Under the pieces are notes generated by a model. That model ran no database searches. It had not been told where the DNA came from and saw only the letters and a list, made by a program, of their open reading frames with translations. The translations under genes and the position numbers were made by a program. Positions 52,202 to 61,713 of a stretch of DNA of 64,000 nt are shown one piece after another (within the stretch, counting starts at the first letter, position 1; each line of letters begins with the position of its first letter). Where the stretch lies: positions 3,924-67,923 of the IMG/VR virus record IMGVR_UViG_3300004481_000017; one strand, written 5' to 3'. The stretch comes from a virus. Lineage: Duplodnaviria; Caudoviricetes.

Positions 52202-52617
52202 GGCTCCTCCTTTTCACGCTTCCACTGCGCGGCCTCCTCGGTCGTGACGACCAGCATCGACGGCACGCCGCCCCCGCCGGACTCCTGACGCAGCACGTCG
52301 ATGTCGACCTCCACGAACTTGTAGCTCGCATACTCCTTGCGCATGGCTTCCTCGGGGCCCCACCAACACTCGCAGCCCCAAACGTACTTTCCGTTGTCGA
52401 GCTTGATGCGAGGGTTGTGCATGGATCCTCCGTGGTCGACCACGGCCATGTCGTGCTTCATCATGGCCTCGGGCGACATCGGTTCGGTCGACGTCGTGTC
52501 GAGGTACGGGAAGTCGCCTTCGTAGACGCCTGCTCCGTAGACTTCGAGCACGCCGTCCTTGCCGCTCGCGACGGCGAACACGCGCTCGCCGGGTTTGTGT
52601 AGGAATGTCTTCTTCAT
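52198..52617 (-). CDS. Conserved phage hypothetical protein
   Basis: NPRIKLDNG..VWGCECWWG motif. Confidence 0.8.
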   Translation of the reverse strand: MKKTFLHKPGERVFAVASGKDGVLEVYGAGVYEGDFPYLDTTSTEPMSPEAMMKHDMAVVDHGGSMHNPRIKLDNGKYVWGCECWWGPEEAMRKEYASYKFVEVDIDVLRQESGGGGVPSMLVVTTEEAAQWKREKEEP

Positions 52618-52656
52618 TCTGCTTTTGCCTCTCTGCCCACGGGTCTATGGCCAGGC

Positions 52657-53508
52657 TCATCGAGGCTGCCAGCCATGTGGCGGGCACCATCCAGCACTTC
52701 GAGCCTGCACGGCCCATTTTGGCCATCCGTCAAATTTTTGCTTGAGACCTTCGGTGGCCTCGTCCATGGCGACCTTTGGCACCCAATCTCCGAACGGAGA
52801 CTCCGCCCACTCAGTCAGTCCGGTCGCCTGACGCGCCCACTCCACTGCCCAAGACATGGATGCGGCGTGGTGCACCGTCTCCCACAGTCGATCACCGGCA
52901 TGCCGCACGACAGCTCGGTATGCTGGCGTTTCTTTGCCGCCCTTCGGCGCGCAGGAGAACTGAAATTGATCTGCCATGAACCTTGTCACCAGCGCTCGCG
53001 AGGTGAGGATTTTCTGCGCCCGAAGCTCGCCAAGCAGCTTTCTTCTTGTTGGCAGAGGCATTGGTCTGGAGAACGGATCCTCCGGCAACTTGAGGACTCC
53101 ACCTAGCCATCGCTCGGCATCAACCAGCACCTGTTCTGGCACGTACCCACCGAATGGACTTTCGTCCATGGGCGCCCCGCCAGACCACGACATAGCCCTC
53201 TCCACAGCTAGCTGAAGCCATTCACGGTGCGTCCTGATCTTCCTGTCCTTGCTGTAGACGAACTCCACGCCATGGGCGATGTCCATATTCGCGTGCCAGT
53301 GCCCGCGCACGCCTCGCATCCTGGTCTCTCCCGGTCTCGCTTTGGAAGGTGACCAGCACACGACGAATCCCCTGCGCGGGTTGGACTCGCAGACAACGTC
53401 AGCAGGTGGAGTGCCGAACATCGCAATGAGATCGCAGTTGTAGTGTACACCTCGCTGCCGGAGTCGACCGGCCAGCTCGACTAGATTCCGTCCGCGATTG
53501 TCCGTCAT
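52657..53508 (-). CDS. Hypothetical protein (283 aa)
   Basis: Long ORF; internal repeat ESPFGGYVP / ESPFGDWVP. Confidence 0.7.
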   Translation of the reverse strand: MTDNRGRNLVELAGRLRQRGVHYNCDLIAMFGTPPADVVCESNPRRGFVVCWSPSKARPGETRMRGVRGHWHANMDIAHGVEFVYSKDRKIRTHREWLQLAVERAMSWSGGAPMDESPFGGYVPEQVLVDAERWLGGVLKLPEDPFSRPMPLPTRRKLLGELRAQKILTSRALVTRFMADQFQFSCAPKGGKETPAYRAVVRHAGDRLWETVHHAASMSWAVEWARQATGLTEWAESPFGDWVPKVAMDEATEGLKQKFDGWPKWAVQARSAGWCPPHGWQPR

Positions 53509-53984
53509 GGCGCCGGGAACACCCTTTCAATCATGAACCCGCCCGTCCGTCCGACGAGCAGCACCACCCACTGCCCGTGGCCAAGCTTCCAGGGCTCGCT
53601 CCGGGTGTCCGTGATCGTGACCGAGAAGTCGTCCTCGACGACCCACACGCGCGTCCCGCTCGGCGCCGTCGTCGACAGGTGCATAGCCTTGCTGGGGACT
53701 TGGCTCGGCGGACGCAGGTGCTTGAACAGCCAGTCGCTGAAGCCGTAGAACGCCTCGTCGTCGTGTTTTACAACCTTGCCGTGCACCTTGAACGAACCAT
53801 CGGGCTCGATGCTCATGGCCTCGTCGCCGTCGCCGGTCTTGAACACGATGCGCCCGTGCTCGGGCTTGTGGTCCGGGTTACGGCTCCAGCCCTGGCCAGC
53901 CTGAATGAAGATGAAGTCGCCGCCCTTGGCATGGTCCGCCTCCGGGTCGGCAGCCTTGATAAAGAAGTCGTCTGCCATGGCCAT
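53505..53984 (-). CDS. Hypothetical protein (159 aa)
   Basis: SD GAAAGGGG. Confidence 0.65.
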   Translation of the reverse strand: MAMADDFFIKAADPEADHAKGGDFIFIQAGQGWSRNPDHKPEHGRIVFKTGDGDEAMSIEPDGSFKVHGKVVKHDDEAFYGFSDWLFKHLRPPSQVPSKAMHLSTTAPSGTRVWVVEDDFSVTITDTRSEPWKLGHGQWVVLLVGRTGGFMIERVFPAP

Positions 53985-53994
53985 TGCCCCTTTC

Positions 53995-54306
53995 TCACGG
54001 TCGAACGATCGTAGCCGTCATCAGGCGCTTGAATGCTAGCCTGGAGTCCCAGGCCCATCGACGCTCCAGGCACGCCACGATAGCCAGGATGGCGATCAAT
54101 CCCACGTGCCAGACACTGAGCGCACCGATGGCCACGACAAGCGGCATGGGTACTAGCATCCCGCCTGCGACTCCCAGCGTCGTCTGCCACTTCTCCCGAA
54201 ACGACAACCGCACGACCACCACGGTGTCCCGCCATGGTTGGTGCACGCGCTCGCGGATCGTTGTCACCTTCGGCATCAGCTCACCCTGCAACCTTTCTTC
54301 GCACAC
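53995..54306 (-). CDS. Putative membrane protein
   Basis: Long hydrophobic central stretch. Confidence 0.5.
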   Translation of the reverse strand: MCEERLQGELMPKVTTIRERVHQPWRDTVVVVRLSFREKWQTTLGVAGGMLVPMPLVVAIGALSVWHVGLIAILAIVACLERRWAWDSRLAFKRLMTATIVRP

Positions 54307-54327
54307 AGCACGCCCACGAAGCGGCCG

Positions 54328-54891
54328 TCACTGTTCCGCGGACACGGTCGCCATCATCCTCTCGGCCTCTTCGCTGCTTGTTCGTCGGCCGGATGGCTTC
54401 ATGGCCCGCAGCTCGAAGAACCCCGCATAGTCAGGCTCCTTGTAGATGAGCAGCCTGGCGTAGAGAGCGATGTAGTCGTTGTTGATCTTGAAGACGTCCC
54501 CCACGGACGAGATGTCTCGGTCCCACCGAATGCGCTGGACGATGACCCAGGCTCCGTACTTCTGCCGACCTGTCTTCCGCATCTCCCCAGCGAGCCGCCT
54601 GAAGTCATCGAAGATGTGAGGGTTCGCCTGGTGGTACCGGTGGAACTTCTTCACGAGGTCTGGGTCTGCCGCGGACAGGACAGCCTGCATCTCCTCCAGC
54701 GTCATCACCAGTGGCGACGGCGGGCTCGGCCTCGGCGGTACTTCCCTCGACGTCGGCGCCGAGGCAGCCGGCTGTCCTCGGCTGGCGTCATGACGGCGTG
54801 ACGGAGCTACCCGCCGTAAGAGCAGCCAGCCCGCCAGACGGGCGACCGCCATCTTCGTGCTGGAAAGCCATTTGCGGACCGAGCGGTTCAC
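54328..54891 (-). CDS. Conserved phage protein
   Basis: F..YH..NP..F..F...A...RW...FKINN...ALYAR...GFFELR. Confidence 0.75.
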   Translation of the reverse strand: MNRSVRKWLSSTKMAVARLAGWLLLRRVAPSRRHDASRGQPAASAPTSREVPPRPSPPSPLVMTLEEMQAVLSAADPDLVKKFHRYHQANPHIFDDFRRLAGEMRKTGRQKYGAWVIVQRIRWDRDISSVGDVFKINNDYIALYARLLIYKEPDYAGFFELRAMKPSGRRTSSEEAERMMATVSAEQ

Positions 54892-55253
54892 CCCGCCACC
54901 CTCTTTGCGCACGCCGCGCACATGAAGTGCCCGTCACCGCCGCAGTCTCCCGACGGAGTGCCGGCCTTGTAGTAGACGCAGTCGGTTTGTCCCTCCTGGT
55001 CCGCCATGATTCCAGCCGGCTCCCGTCCGCTTGCCTTGATGGCAGCCACGTGCTCACGCCAGCGCTTGGCGTCCTGACGCGCCTCGTGGGTCTGCTGCCG
55101 GCTACGTCGCAAGACGCGCCGGAGCTGCTCATGGTCGACGATGGTGAGCCCGCGACGTTCCAGGTGCTCGACAATTTCTCGGCCGTACGGGTAGCCGCCC
55201 CCGACGCCGCGACTGTTGATCAGCTGAGACGCTTTGGTCTTCGCGTTCGTCAT
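54888..55253 (-). CDS. Hypothetical protein
   Basis: C-terminal C..C..C..C; GTGA overlap. Confidence 0.6.
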   Translation of the reverse strand: MTNAKTKASQLINSRGVGGGYPYGREIVEHLERRGLTIVDHEQLRRVLRRSRQQTHEARQDAKRWREHVAAIKASGREPAGIMADQEGQTDCVYYKAGTPSGDCGGDGHFMCAACAKRVAG

Positions 55254-55273
55254 TCGCCATGCCCCCCGGTTTG

Positions 55274-56080
55274 CTAGGCGTCGATCCCTCGGTCTTCACG
55301 CCTCAGAGGCTTCCGGTTCCTCGTGTTGTAAATCTTGAGGAGCACTGCAATCGCGCAGGTCTTGGCGCTCTCGGTCTTCCAGGTTTCGTGTTCGTGCAAC
55401 ATCTCCGCAATGACGTTGGCTGGCGCTCCGTACGCGATGAGCTTCTTGGTTAGCACTTCCGTGTCGGCCTGCTTGAACATCGCCAAGAACGTGCCGACGT
55501 AAAGGATCAGCCTCTTGTCGTACGCCATGTAGTCTCCGTTCTTGGCGTTGGACCAACACTTGAGCACGGTGAGCGTTGGCACGAGGTTGTCGAATCGCTG
55601 GTGCACAGATTCTAGCGCGGTGACCCCTGACACGCCGTTCTTGCAAGCGGATGGCACAGCGCGCAGTCGCAGGTCCGTGAGTATGCCAACGATCGTCGTC
55701 GCGATCGGCTCACGACCGACCACCCGAGCCTTGAACTGGTCGAACGCGCGCACGTTGCCGCGCCCCATGTTCAGCTCGTAGAACATCATGGCTTCTTCGG
55801 ACTGCGTCAGCCCTCGGTGCACCTGGACGGCGATCTCCATGTCCTGGTGACCGCTCATAACCAGGCCCGCTACGCGATGCTGACCGTCAATCACGTAGTA
55901 CACACCGTCGTTCCGCTGGGCCACCACGACGACGCCAAACAGCGCCGGCACGTATTGCTCACCGATCTTTTGGGCGCGCTTTTCGTCGAGCGTTCGCTGG
56001 TATTCGTGGTCAATCTGCAGCTCCGCCAATCTCACCCTGGCGTACTCCTGACCAACCATCTTCAACGGCCTGTTACTCAT
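55274..56080 (-). CDS. ParB-like (DGQHR / DUF6551-type) protein
   Basis: LQID..YQR.L...YVIDGQHR. Confidence 0.85.
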   Translation of the reverse strand: MSNRPLKMVGQEYARVRLAELQIDHEYQRTLDEKRAQKIGEQYVPALFGVVVVAQRNDGVYYVIDGQHRVAGLVMSGHQDMEIAVQVHRGLTQSEEAMMFYELNMGRGNVRAFDQFKARVVGREPIATTIVGILTDLRLRAVPSACKNGVSGVTALESVHQRFDNLVPTLTVLKCWSNAKNGDYMAYDKRLILYVGTFLAMFKQADTEVLTKKLIAYGAPANVIAEMLHEHETWKTESAKTCAIAVLLKIYNTRNRKPLRREDRGIDA

Positions 56081-57080
56081 GTTCCTCTCCTTCTTTTATT
56101 TCCCCATCCGCTAGATGGACCATTCTGGTGGCCGCCGTCCGCACAGCTCGGAATGCGGCGGCCAGTTCGGCCAGCTGCTCGGGCGTAGCCGAACGCCGGA
56201 CATCACTCCATCGCTCCCGAAGACCGTCCCAAGTCGCAGCGGCAGCCGCAACGCTACAGGTGATGCCGATGATCGGAGCCTTCGTTCCCCTGGTCATGCG
56301 CATCCGAGCACGAGACTGGAACACCCTTGCTTTCTCACACCCAAGCTCCTCGGCGATCTCGCCAGCCGTCCGGCCGCGGTCGCATGCATCACGGACTCGT
56401 TCGTCGAATGCCCTCACCTCCGCAAACCACTTTGCCCTTTTCGACATTGGCTGCGCGTCAGACGACGATGGGACTAGCCTCTTCGGTTCAGCGGACTCCT
56501 GGCGGATCCCGGCGCTCAACTCAGCTGCCTTGAGCGTTTGTTCGCCCCTGGCCACGCGCTCGAATGCCTCTGGGTCGGCAGCCATCAGTTTCTTTGCTCT
56601 CCTGGCTTTCCCACGAGCTGCGCCGGTCGCGATGGCGGCCTGCACGATGGACTCGCTCGCCTCTCGCTCGCCTCGCGATAGGTTGCCATCAGATTGATGG
56701 CAACCTATACCACCGCGCTTTCTTGAGGTTTCCAGACCAGCCACTTGCCTTTCCTTGGCCTCTTTGGCAAACAACTCCCGGGCTCGCGCAGCAGCTGCAG
56801 CTCTCTGGTCTGGTGTCGCGTGCCTGCGCTGGCCGTTCGCGTCGAGCACGTACCTTGCTGGCGATGAGCAGTTGCGCAGAATGGTGAAGCGCGGCTCGAC
56901 CCCAGCCATTTTGCACGCCGCGTACCTATTCCGTCCGTCTAGGATCTTGTCGTCGAGAAGTACGATAGCCGACAGGAGACCGTTTTCCTTGATGCTCTGG
57001 GCAAGCTCTTTGAGCTGCTCGACGCTGAGCATTCCCCAAATGCTAGCCGCATCGTGTGGTTCGTACTCCCGAGCGCTCAC
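56073..57080 (-). CDS. ParB N-terminal domain protein
   Basis: H.AA.I...L..EL..SIKENGL..AIVL..ILDGRNRY.AC...GV.P; N..RRH.T..QRA. Confidence 0.85.
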   Translation of the reverse strand: MSAREYEPHDAASIWGMLSVEQLKELAQSIKENGLLSAIVLLDDKILDGRNRYAACKMAGVEPRFTILRNCSSPARYVLDANGQRRHATPDQRAAAAARARELFAKEAKERQVAGLETSRKRGGIGCHQSDGNLSRGEREASESIVQAAIATGAARGKARRAKKLMAADPEAFERVARGEQTLKAAELSAGIRQESAEPKRLVPSSSDAQPMSKRAKWFAEVRAFDERVRDACDRGRTAGEIAEELGCEKARVFQSRARMRMTRGTKAPIIGITCSVAAAAATWDGLRERWSDVRRSATPEQLAELAAAFRAVRTAATRMVHLADGEIKEGEEHE

Positions 57081-57778
57081 TCGCTCATCTCCTTCTTGAA
57101 CTGCTCCATCTCGGCCCGGATCTCGCCCCAGAAGTCATCGCCCATGACGACGATGGTCCCGTAGTCGACCTCCCAGCTCGTGATGTCGACGTCGGAACAC
57201 CACTTGTCGAGCATGCGCTGGAGACGCTTGAGAGCCTTGTCAGACACCTCCTCGATGGCCTCCTCGTGGTGGTCCTCCAGCTCCGAGGACACGATGTGGT
57301 AGGCGTCCATCGTGAGCCTGTTGGGCGCGCACGCCCAGATGACGGGCGGCTCGTCCATGTCGACCTTGCACTGGGTCCACAGCTCGACGATGCCGTCCTG
57401 CAGCTCCCCCATGTCGTCGTAGAACTCGTCGGTCGATTCGCAGAACACCCCATTGCCGTGGTACTCGGCCCATGGGATCCGCTTAGCCTTGGCAATGCGC
57501 TCTGCCGACCGCTTCTCGTCGCGCTTTGCCCGGCACACGTTGCAGCACGTCCAGCTCTGGGAGTTGCCCATGTCGACGCCGCAGTCTGGGCAGATGCGGT
57601 GGCAGCACTGGACCGCCGAGCGCTTCGCCTCGGCCTCGGCGTCCTCGGACCTGCAAGCGTAGATGGTCGACGCATGGAAGAGCTTGCACTCGGGGCAGGC
57701 CCACCCGAGGATCTGCTTCTCCTCGCCGCCTTCGAGCTTGACGTACACGGGCAAAGGTTCCTTGGGAGTCGTCGTCAT
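57077..57778 (-). CDS. Multi-Zn-finger phage protein
   Basis: CPEC, CPDC, CNVC; acidic C-terminus. Confidence 0.7.
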   Translation of the reverse strand: MTTTPKEPLPVYVKLEGGEEKQILGWACPECKLFHASTIYACRSEDAEAEAKRSAVQCCHRICPDCGVDMGNSQSWTCCNVCRAKRDEKRSAERIAKAKRIPWAEYHGNGVFCESTDEFYDDMGELQDGIVELWTQCKVDMDEPPVIWACAPNRLTMDAYHIVSSELEDHHEEAIEEVSDKALKRLQRMLDKWCSDVDITSWEVDYGTIVVMGDDFWGEIRAEMEQFKKEMSE

Positions 57779-57969
57779 GCCTTCTTCTCCGTCGCGTTCA
57801 GGTTCTTGCAATGGTGGCAGACCCAGCCGTTCTCGCGCGTCTGCTTCCAACCCTGTCTTCGGCAGCGCTTGACCGCGTCTCGCTTGAGGTGCTCGTCGAC
57901 CTGCCACCAGCACCCGCACACCCCGCACCACACCGTGTGCTGCCTGGAAATGTACCCCTTGAAGGTCAT
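57775..57969 (-). CDS. Small Zn-finger protein
   Basis: CGVC...GW....GWVCHHC. Confidence 0.7.
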   Translation of the reverse strand: MTFKGYISRQHTVWCGVCGCWWQVDEHLKRDAVKRCRRQGWKQTRENGWVCHHCKNLNATEKKA

Positions 57970-58211
57970 CGCTTGCGTGCGACCTTCTTCGCCGCCGGCT
58001 TCTTGCGGGAAGGCTTGTCGGTCAGCACCTCCCAGTCGGGGTGTTCGCGGCGGATCCAAGAGTCGGCCATGTCGTAGACGAGCTGGCCGACGCTCTTCTG
58101 CTCGTGGCGCGCCACCTGCCGCACGAGCCCGGCGGTTGCCACGTCCACGTACAGAGTCACCTTCCGGGGCTTTTCGTCCTCGGGGGTTCGGATACTGAGG
58201 ATGGTCGTCAT
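57966..58211 (-). CDS. Ribbon-helix-helix DNA-binding protein
   Basis: KVTLYV.....LVRQVA.HE.KSVGQLV. Confidence 0.65.
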   Translation of the reverse strand: MTTILSIRTPEDEKPRKVTLYVDVATAGLVRQVARHEQKSVGQLVYDMADSWIRREHPDWEVLTDKPSRKKPAAKKVARKR

Positions 58212-59080
58212 GCCTTCACCTTCTTGGCCGGCTTCTTCTTCTCGCTCTCGATCTCGCGGAGCAGAGTCGAAAGCCCGGAGACGCGCTCGGCGGCCACGAG
58301 ACCCATGGCGTACTTGATGCCGAGGAGCACGTAGTTGTCGAGATGGCGTCCGGCCTGTTTGGCCGTCACGATTTTGTTCAGGGTGCGCTTCGATGGCGGC
58401 GCGGGACGGTCGTCACCACGCTGCTTCTGGACGGCGCGCTGCGTAGGCTTCTCGCCCGTGCCCAAAAGCTTCTTCAGCGTTCCTTCCTGGGCCTCGAACG
58501 GCATCCCGTGGAGGGCGACGGCGGCGGATGCCCGGATCTGGCCGGCGCTCACGGCCTCCATCACGGCCGGCGCCAGCTCCAGAAGCTTGAGCCAGTTCGA
58601 GATGGACTGCGTCGTCACCCCGAACTCGACTGCCGCCTCATCCTCGCTGTGGCCCATGTCGAGGTAGCGCTGCGCCTTGCGTGCCTTGGCCATGAGCTGG
58701 TCTCCCTGGCGCAGCTCGTTGGCGCTGACGGCAATGCCGAACACAGCCTTGTCCTCATCCCGGCGCACGACGCCGGGCACCCGCATGGTCTGAATGCCCT
58801 GCTCAACGAATCGGCGGTTGGCTTCCCGAGCAGCCCGCACGCGCTGGCGGCCATCGATCACTTCGGGCCTGCCACTCGGACCCTTGCGCACGAGCACAGG
58901 CTTGAGCACGCCGTGCAGCATGATGTTGAGCACGAGCATCTCGGAGAGCGGCAGCTTGATCCGCTCGTCGTAGAGCGGATGCGTCGGCTCAGCCGCGCTG
59001 TCGAGCCCCACGATGTGTAGCTCCGCGGGGTCGAACAGGAACATGTTGCCCCGAGGGCCGTTGAACGTCTGACCTCCCAT
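58208..59080 (-). CDS. ParB/RepB/Spo0J-family protein with HTH
   Basis: GVLKPVLVR, VIDGRQRVRAA, EAAVEFGVTTQSISNWLKLL. Confidence 0.9.
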   Translation of the reverse strand: MGGQTFNGPRGNMFLFDPAELHIVGLDSAAEPTHPLYDERIKLPLSEMLVLNIMLHGVLKPVLVRKGPSGRPEVIDGRQRVRAAREANRRFVEQGIQTMRVPGVVRRDEDKAVFGIAVSANELRQGDQLMAKARKAQRYLDMGHSEDEAAVEFGVTTQSISNWLKLLELAPAVMEAVSAGQIRASAAVALHGMPFEAQEGTLKKLLGTGEKPTQRAVQKQRGDDRPAPPSKRTLNKIVTAKQAGRHLDNYVLLGIKYAMGLVAAERVSGLSTLLREIESEKKKPAKKVKA

Positions 59081-59096
59081 CGCATACCTCCTTCAG

Positions 59097-59618
59097 CTAC
59101 CGAATCTTGAGATCCTTGGCGACAGCCAGGAACGTCGCTTTCGCGTGATCCTGCGTCCACCGCTCGATGCGCTCGGGCCAAGGGTGCACACCACGAATGG
59201 ACTCCCACTCGCGCTCGCCGGGACCGAGAAGATCCCGATACTCGGTCGCCAGCTCTTCAAGGTCGGCCAGGTGAACTTCCTTTGGCATCGGCCATGGAAG
59301 CCCGAACCTTTCGGCAACAGCCAGCTGCAGGCGCGCTTCGGCCTCCTGATAGTCCAGCATGACGGACTTGACTGGCCGCGGCAGGTCGACGAGGTACGCT
59401 TCCGTTGCGTCGTGCAGGAGCCCCCAGGCGGCGTTCTCGGGGCGCACGTGCTTCGAGACGAGCACGGCATGCTGCGCCACCGAAAAGTGCCATTTCACGT
59501 GGCCCGCGAACCGGCACTGCATCGAGAGCGCGTGGGCGATGTCGTCCAGGTCGATGAGCTTCGGGTCGGGCTCCATCGGGTAGAACACCTTGCCGCTGAA
59601 CGTCTGCATCCAAGTCAT
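59097..59618 (-). CDS. HD-domain (YfbR-like) 5'-deoxynucleotidase
   Basis: IAHALS.QCRFAGH...SVAQH, LLHDATEAYL.D...PVK. Confidence 0.9.
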   Translation of the reverse strand: MTWMQTFSGKVFYPMEPDPKLIDLDDIAHALSMQCRFAGHVKWHFSVAQHAVLVSKHVRPENAAWGLLHDATEAYLVDLPRPVKSVMLDYQEAEARLQLAVAERFGLPWPMPKEVHLADLEELATEYRDLLGPGEREWESIRGVHPWPERIERWTQDHAKATFLAVAKDLKIR

Positions 59619-59992
59619 GGGCTCACCTTCTTCGCCTTGCTCTTTGGCTTGGTCGCGGCGTCGATCGTGGCCGCGAGGTCGCCAAGCATCTGCTCTGCCT
59701 CGGCGATAGCATCCTCTTCGGACCACTCGTGAGCGTGTTTGCCCGCGTCGAATTTCACGCAGCGCCACAGGTCGATCCGGCGGATACCGCTCATCTCCGA
59801 AAGCACCATCGAGATGAAGGCTCCAAGAACGTGCTCGACACCGTCGTCATCGCGGCCATGCTGAATGTCCAGGCAAACGCCCGTGACGACCGCCGGTCGG
59901 ATCCGCCACATAGAGGAGCGCGTCGAGATTTCCAGCCAGGAGCCGACGCACGTCACGTCGGCTGTCTCTTCGATTCCGTAGGTCATGGGCAT
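59615..59992 (-). CDS. Hypothetical protein (125 aa)
   Basis: ATGA overlap; normal composition. Confidence 0.6.
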   Translation of the reverse strand: MPMTYGIEETADVTCVGSWLEISTRSSMWRIRPAVVTGVCLDIQHGRDDDGVEHVLGAFISMVLSEMSGIRRIDLWRCVKFDAGKHAHEWSEEDAIAEAEQMLGDLAATIDAATKPKSKAKKVSP

Positions 59993-59993
59993 A

Positions 59994-60194
59994 TCACGTT
60001 CTCCTACTCGTCTTCGTTGCAGCCGCCTGCTTCAGAATCACGATGGCGTCGTGGAAGAAGTTGGCAACTAGCACCTCGTCGCCGCCGAACTTCGAGCCAC
60101 AGTCTCGCCAAAGCCTCTCTTCGTAGCGCAGCTTATTGAGCACCATGTTCCGGTGCGCCGGCTTACGCCTTCGCCATCGTTCACTGGCTTTCAT
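59994..60194 (-). CDS. Small hypothetical protein
   Basis: SD AGGAGGT. Confidence 0.55.
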   Translation of the reverse strand: MKASERWRRRKPAHRNMVLNKLRYEERLWRDCGSKFGGDEVLVANFFHDAIVILKQAAATKTSRRT

Positions 60195-60203
60195 CTCGAC
60201 CTC

Positions 60204-60473
60204 CTACTCGTCGTACCAGTCGTCCGGCCTGTTCTTGTCCTCGGGCCACTGATCGGGCGGCGTAGCGATCTGACACTCGGCTACGTCGACCTCGCACCGG
60301 CAGTTGCAGTCGCACGTGGGCAGCACGCGGAACTGCTCGGTCATCTCGGTGATGCGATGCTCGTCGATCCTTCGGCGCACCTCGTCGCCGACGAGATAGC
60401 CGACCGCCGTGGCCAAGACGCCAACGCCGAACAGCACCAACTTCATGCCCGACACCATCTGACCTTCGCTCAT
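60204..60473 (-). CDS. Single-TM protein with Cys motif
   Basis: LVLFGVGVLATAVGYLV; CDCNCRC. Confidence 0.7.
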   Translation of the reverse strand: MSEGQMVSGMKLVLFGVGVLATAVGYLVGDEVRRRIDEHRITEMTEQFRVLPTCDCNCRCEVDVAECQIATPPDQWPEDKNRPDDWYDE

Positions 60474-60476
60474 CGT

Positions 60477-60626
60477 TCAACCTCGTGCGATGCAGTAACC
60501 AGCGACGATCGCGCTTTCGCCGTTCTCGTTCACGTAGGCGTTTCGGTAGCCGCCATCGACGTAGTGCTTCATGCCGCAGCGCTCGCAGGTGCGCAGGAGG
60601 TAGCGAGGGCACTCGGGCTCAGGCAC
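60477..60626 (-). CDS. Very small Zn-ribbon protein
   Basis: GTG 60626; C.RY...CERCG. Confidence 0.45.
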   Translation of the reverse strand: MPEPECPRYLLRTCERCGMKHYVDGGYRNAYVNENGESAIVAGYCIARG

Positions 60627-61149
60627 GAGAACCGTCCTTGTGTGCTGGCAGGTCCACGTGTGCTCTCTCGCAGCCCGTGACGAACTCCTGGCACTCGCGG
60701 AGGATCCGTTTGCGAGCCCTGGCGGCTTTCTTGGGCGCGGTGCCCTTGGCGTCCTCGACGGCATGGATCAGCTCCGATCTGTACATGTTGGCCGACCGCA
60801 TCAGCTGCTGGTGGGCCTTCTTCTGCGCCTCGATCCCATTCTGGATCTCGGCCTCCAGCTCAGCGATGCGGGCCAGTCGCTTCTGGTACGTCTCGCGGCC
60901 ACGCACGAGCTTGCGCGTTTCCTCGTACTGTTCGCGGGCCTCCCTGATGGGCGCGATGCCCACGAGCGACCGACGCGAGTAGCCGGCGCAGGACCAGCGT
61001 CGCAAGCGTTCTTCCGAGACGCCGAGGAGCCCAGCCGCTTCCTCGATCGACAGCGCTCGAACGTACGCGGCAGCGATGGCCACGTCCGTAGGACACTGCC
61101 CACTTTCGACTCGCTTCGCGAACTGCCTATCCAAGCTCTCTCGTGCCAT
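60619..61149 (-). CDS. HTH plus coiled-coil protein
   Basis: SIEEAAGLLGVSEERLRRW. Confidence 0.7.
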   Translation of the reverse strand: MARESLDRQFAKRVESGQCPTDVAIAAAYVRALSIEEAAGLLGVSEERLRRWSCAGYSRRSLVGIAPIREAREQYEETRKLVRGRETYQKRLARIAELEAEIQNGIEAQKKAHQQLMRSANMYRSELIHAVEDAKGTAPKKAARARKRILRECQEFVTGCERAHVDLPAHKDGSRA

Positions 61150-61152
61150 CCC

Positions 61153-61713
61153 TCACCTCATGTAGGAGCGCAGCATCTTCATCGGCTCGCCCGCCTCGGC
61201 GGCCACTACAGCGCCGAGCGCATCGATCCCGTGCTCGGCTATGTCGTCAGGCAGGTTGAGCCACTTGTTCGCGTCGAACTTGGCGAGCAGCGCGTTGCGA
61301 ACGTCGTACTTGGTCGCGGTTCCGACCTTGCAGACCGCCAGCTTGATCTCTTGCGGCGTCGACTGCAGGATTGGACTCTCGTCGTATGCGAACGAGAGCG
61401 CGCAAAGAACGCCCCAAGCTCGGGCGATTTCAACAGCGTCGCCATCCGCCATGGGCGAAATGAACGCCCTCGCGCAAATGAGCTTTGGCTCGCGCACGAT
61501 CAGCAGTTGGGACAGCTCCTTGGCGATCTCGCGAGCCCGGCGCGAATCATCGTCTATCTCCCTCACGCGGAGCTTCTTTGCCGAGCGCTCTGTGCGAATG
61601 GCGCCAAGGTCGACAAGCCGGTCGTTCTCGGGATGCGCCCCAATGGCCACGACGGCGTAGCCGAAGTGAGCGAGCGATGGAGAGACGCCGAGCACCATCA
61701 TCGGATTGTTCAT
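61153..61713 (-). CDS. ruvC: RuvC-like Holliday junction resolvase fold, two catalytic acidic residues substituted
   Basis: VLGVSPS..FGYAV, ICARAF, AR.WGV, TPQEIK.AV..G.ATK..V, HGIDALG. Confidence 0.8.
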   Translation of the reverse strand: MNNPMMVLGVSPSLAHFGYAVVAIGAHPENDRLVDLGAIRTERSAKKLRVREIDDDSRRAREIAKELSQLLIVREPKLICARAFISPMADGDAVEIARAWGVLCALSFAYDESPILQSTPQEIKLAVCKVGTATKYDVRNALLAKFDANKWLNLPDDIAEHGIDALGAVVAAEAGEPMKMLRSYMR

